A stretch of 62,679 nucleotides of DNA, counting the filler, from Candidatus Delongbacteria bacterium (GTDB lineage: Bacteria > UBA4055), in NCBI GenBank assembly GCA_016937995.1. It is 5 parts of 5 records of this genome, joined end to end, with 100 filler letters (N's around TTAATTAATTAA, not from the genome) between each part and the next. Parts side by side here need not be neighbours in the genome. Positions count along the whole stretch, not along the records: positions 56,743 to 62,679 come from JAFGVM010000050.1; 4 more parts are not named here. The stretch is one strand, 5' to 3'. Position numbers and translations under genes: made by a program. Under the pieces are notes generated by a model, which did no database searches, had not been told where the DNA came from, and saw only the letters and a list, made by a program, of their open reading frames with translations. Shown piece after piece: positions 59,480-62,679 of the stretch. Each line of letters starts with the position of its first letter. The stretch's first letter is position 1.

Positions 59480-60337
59480 TTAATCTTTTTTAACATCCTG
59501 CAAATCTTTTTTAAATACAACTGTCCTGTAAGGGAACGGTATCTCGATGCCTTCTCTGTCAAATCTCTCTTTAACTGATTTTAAAAGATCACATTTAAGA
59601 ACAAAGCCATCACCATAATTTGCTGTCCAGATATAAGCTTTCAAATTTACAGAAAAATCCGCAAGACCAACAACTCTAACCACCACTACAGGATCATTAT
59701 TCTTTTTTTCCTGTTTTGTTCTTTTGTCAATGGTCAAAGGATGTTTAAGCGCTTCTTCTGTAATGATATCTATAGCTTTGTCAATATTTGAATCATAACT
59801 TATCCCGAAAAGAACCTGTTTACGGATTTTTTCATCAGTAATGGAACTGTTGATCAGAGTTTCTTCACTGATAATACTGTTAGGAATAATGATCCTTTGA
59901 CTTTCCCAATTTCTAATAACTGTATGTCTCAAAGTTATCTCCTCAACGATCCCTTCTCTGGAATCCGGAAGCTCAACAATGTCACCTATCTTAAAAGGTT
60001 TAAAGATCAGCATAAAAATACCTGAAATTATATTCGTAAATGCTTTCTGTGACGCAAAACCGACAGCAACAGCAAGTATCCCGGCACTTGCAAAAAGAGC
60101 AGTACCTATAGATTTCAGGTATGGTATTTTGAAGAAAATAAATATAATTGCTAAACTGTAAATTATAAAACTGATCGAATTCTTCAAAAAAGAAAAATTT
60201 GTCGGATCTGTTTTCAGTTTTTCAGAATATTTATTAATGAACACATTAATGATCTTTCTTAATATCAGTGTAACTATCAAAGCTATTGATAAGGTTATCA
60301 CAACAAGAAGAATATAGTATAGATTTACATTATTCAT
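59480..60337 (-). CDS. Small-conductance mechanosensitive channel (MscS family)
   Basis: GFASQ...NIISG, KPFKIGD, G.VEEITLRHT, IPNS, GIEIPFP. Confidence 0.92.
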   Translation of the reverse strand: MNNVNLYYILLVVITLSIALIVTLILRKIINVFINKYSEKLKTDPTNFSFLKNSISFIIYSLAIIFIFFKIPYLKSIGTALFASAGILAVAVGFASQKAFTNIISGIFMLIFKPFKIGDIVELPDSREGIVEEITLRHTVIRNWESQRIIIPNSIISEETLINSSITDEKIRKQVLFGISYDSNIDKAIDIITEEALKHPLTIDKRTKQEKKNNDPVVVVRVVGLADFSVNLKAYIWTANYGDGFVLKCDLLKSVKERFDREGIEIPFPYRTVVFKKDLQDVKKD

Positions 60338-60375
60338 TTATTTTCCTTTTTAATTTAATCCTTGTATTCTATTTT

Positions 60376-60516
60376 GTCATCCTCGTGCTTGTAACGGGGA
60401 TCCACATCTTTTATGGATTACCGGATCAAGTCCGATAATGACATTTTATTTGGGGACGAAAAGAAATCGTCCCCTACATTTTAATTATCCATTGTAAATT
60501 ATCAATTATCAATTGC
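60376..60516. repeat. GTCAT...ATGAC element + GTAG REP + heptamers
   Basis: gtcatcctcgtgcttgtaacggggatcca...ccggatcaagtccgataatgac; ggggacgaaaagaaatcgtcccctac; aattatc repeats. Confidence 0.82.
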
Positions 60517-60517
60517 T

Positions 60518-61582
60518 TTAAAGCCATTTTTTCTTTTGAAAATATTTCAACATTCCTAGAGCTACCACAACCATAACGCCAAGCATTATAAAATAGCTGT
60601 ATTTGTAGTGAAGTTCTGGCAGTACATCAAAGTTTGTTCCGTAAATACCCGCAATGAAAGTCAAAGGTATGAATATCACAGAAAATACTGTAAGGAATTT
60701 CATAACATCATTAAGTTTACTGCTTATGGTAGTATGATAAATGTTCAGCTGGTCCGAGAGTATCTCTCTGTAACTGTCAGACGATTCAGTTGCATGGTTT
60801 ATATTATCCAGCAATTCTTTGAAATGAATATATGTATCATCTTCGATCAGATCTGACTCGATCTTTGACAAAGAAAGTATCATTTCTTTTGCAGGATTGA
60901 TGTTCTTTCTCAAAAAATTAAGTTCTCTCTTGTATGTATTTATCTGATCAATAATGCTTTGTGGTGGATCCTGAAGCAAATTCTCCTCGAGTGCTTCTAT
61001 TTTTTCACCCAATAGACTGATTATATAGATATAGTTATCAATCACAACATCAAGAAGTGCAAAAGCAAGATAATCAGTACCTGAATTCCTGATCCTTTTC
61101 TTTTGAGCTCTGATCCGCTCTCTTACAGGATCGAACACATCTCCTCTAAATTCCTGAAATGATATAAGTATGGTCTCTGTAATGACAAGGCTGAGATTCT
61201 CAACATGTATTTTTTCAGTCTTTTCATCCTGACGAAGCATTTTCATAGAAATATATATACAATTATCGTATTCCTGAACTGTAGGTCTTGCCTGTGTTTG
61301 CATAACATTGGATAAAATAAGTTTCTCCAGATCAAAATGTTTGGAAACATCCGCCATTAGTGCTTCATCATGAAGACCGTCTATGTTCAGCCAGGTCACA
61401 GAAGGTTTCTTTTTATATGGAACAACCTCTTCTATGGACTGTATCACCTTTTCTTCTTTGTTCTCTGCATCAAAATCAATAACACGAAGTAAAACCGAAT
61501 CGGTCTTCTTTTCACCTCTGAATTTAAGATCGTCCGGTCCAAGACCTATCTCATGCTTATGCTTCTTTACAAACCTAGGCAT
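60518..61582 (-). CDS. corA: Magnesium/cobalt transporter CorA
   Basis: TWLNIDGLHD, NDVMKFLT, PLTFIAGIYGTNF, LPEL..KYSY, KKKWL. Confidence 0.93.
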   Translation of the reverse strand: MPRFVKKHKHEIGLGPDDLKFRGEKKTDSVLLRVIDFDAENKEEKVIQSIEEVVPYKKKPSVTWLNIDGLHDEALMADVSKHFDLEKLILSNVMQTQARPTVQEYDNCIYISMKMLRQDEKTEKIHVENLSLVITETILISFQEFRGDVFDPVRERIRAQKKRIRNSGTDYLAFALLDVVIDNYIYIISLLGEKIEALEENLLQDPPQSIIDQINTYKRELNFLRKNINPAKEMILSLSKIESDLIEDDTYIHFKELLDNINHATESSDSYREILSDQLNIYHTTISSKLNDVMKFLTVFSVIFIPLTFIAGIYGTNFDVLPELHYKYSYFIMLGVMVVVALGMLKYFQKKKWL

Positions 61583-61592
61583 TATATTACCT

Positions 61593-61811
61593 CTATTTTA
61601 ATTTCTCTTTTTTGCTGCCGGTGTAAATATATACCAGGATCGCACCCGAAACAAATCCAAGTAATGACATTAAAACCAGAAGTGCAATTCTGGGCATGGT
61701 AAAAGTGTAAAACAAAATTTTTGTATCAACAGGCTCAGTATTCTGTAGAAAAATTATCAGTGAAAATATGGATATTAAAATTACTAAAACAAGTTTAACT
61801 TTTTTCATCAC
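61593..61811 (-). CDS. LapA/DUF1049-like small membrane protein
   Basis: IF.LQN..PV...LF....P..LL......G pattern; GGAGG RBS. Confidence 0.75.
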   Translation of the reverse strand: MMKKVKLVLVILISIFSLIIFLQNTEPVDTKILFYTFTMPRIALLVLMSLLGFVSGAILVYIYTGSKKEKLK

Positions 61812-61946
61812 ACCTCCCGGAAATGATCAGTATTTATTTCTATTATAACATCTTACTTCAATATATATCAATCAACCCTTAAACTCAATCAAATTATTCG
61901 ATAGTTTTCGAAGCTCATCTAACGTATATTACTTTGTTAAAAACAA

Positions 61947-62679
61947 ATGGATATTGTTATTAAAAAATTAAAAAGATACATATTATATATTTCCGTTGCA
62001 GTAATATTCTCCATTGCCAGCTTTGTTATATTTTTTATGTCAGATTATGGGAAAAATAGAATTATTTCATTTACGAATAAATACATTCCTGTCAGGATTG
62101 AATTCAAGGATTTTAGTCTAAATATATTTAAAGGCAGAATTGAGATATATGATCTTGTTATTTATGATGATTCGGATGTAATAATAGGCAAAATTAAGAA
62201 AATCGCATTGAGTATTCAGTACAAACCATTGTTCTCAGGTAAATATGTTGCAGATCATTTGATCATTATTGAACCTAGCATTGATGTCAGCAGTACTCAG
62301 ATCAGCCAGATCAAGAAAAAAATAAAGAATAAAGATAAAATTACTGAAGATAACATTGATAAAAAAACACCGGATCTGGTCGTAAATAAATTAGAGATAT
62401 TAAATACAGTTCTGATGTATAAAGATACAGAGAGATCATCAGAATATGGTTTTAAAACTAAGAAGATCAGTGCTACAGTAGATAATAAAAACTCCGATTA
62501 TTCCCTGAATACAGTCAATTCCAGGATCTCGATCAAAACTGATAAGATCAATAAAACTATTATCAATGACAGCTTGAATATCAGTCTTAAAGATTCTGAT
62601 TTGAATATTAAAAAAGCAAGATTTAGAACTGAAGGACTTGATATTTCTTTCATAGGTCTTGTAAATGATCTGTTCACTC
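61947..62679 (+). CDS. AsmA/TamB-like envelope protein, runs off the right edge
   Basis: Not in the ORF track; MDIVIKKLKRYILYISVAVIFSIASFVIFFMSDYGKNRI... N-terminal anchor then beta-rich sequence, no stop seen. Confidence 0.6.
   Translation, partial: MDIVIKKLKRYILYISVAVIFSIASFVIFFMSDYGKNRIISFTNKYIPVRIEFKDFSLNIFKGRIEIYDLVIYDDSDVIIGKIKKIALSIQYKPLFSGKYVADHLIIIEPSIDVSSTQISQIKKKIKNKDKITEDNIDKKTPDLVVNKLEILNTVLMYKDTERSSEYGFKTKKISATVDNKNSDYSLNTVNSRISIKTDKINKTIINDSLNISLKDSDLNIKKARFRTEGLDISFIGLVNDLFT

Noticed and set aside
1..62679. tRNA, rRNA, transposase, prophage, alternative genetic code
   Set aside because: None recognised by eye; conserved genes are full length under the standard code, with TGA acting as stop

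Overview
Low-GC bacterial draft or metagenome-assembled sequence made of five contigs joined by artificial 100-nt spacers (N-run, TTAATTAATTAA, N-run) at 10863-10962, 18643-18742, 36100-36199 and 56643-56742, so gene adjacency across these gaps means nothing. Gene content (lpxB, two GWxTD proteins, a protein with a YPNPFN-type C-terminal sorting domain, short Lys-type SerA, heterodimeric methylmalonyl-CoA mutase, PckA) suggests a Gram-negative FCB-group organism, possibly Ca. Delongbacteria-like (inference only). Contig 1: Schlafen/AlbA_2-HATPase gene with a 12-bp tandem repeat, ugd, and a surface polysaccharide cluster (SLBB exporter, wecB, rfbB, wecD, wecE, rfbA). Contig 2: mutL, serC-serA, oligopeptidase B, and hsp20 with a sigma-54 promoter. 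Contig 3: envelope and housekeeping genes (glmM, GWxTD, lpxB, M23, rpsA, mtaB, SLT, hybrid kinase, second GWxTD, NlpC/P60, pgi, lspA). Contig 4: P-type ATPase, djlA, radC, panD, ABC exporter, mutA/scpA, BNR-repeat protein, pckA, nitrilase. Contig 5: 2-hydroxyacid dehydrogenase, MscS, corA, AsmA/TamB-like gene. I found no rRNA, tRNA, CRISPR array, transposase or prophage. The least explained signals are non-coding: intergenic mosaics of several short repeat families (GTAG/GCAG-footed REPs with a REPIN-like doublet, GTCAT...ATGAC palindromes, a 62-bp element, heptamer arrays), a structured 121-nt-period repeat upstream of lspA, and the envelope-gene coupling of the two GWxTD proteins. I cannot claim a clearly new multi-gene system from the sequence alone.
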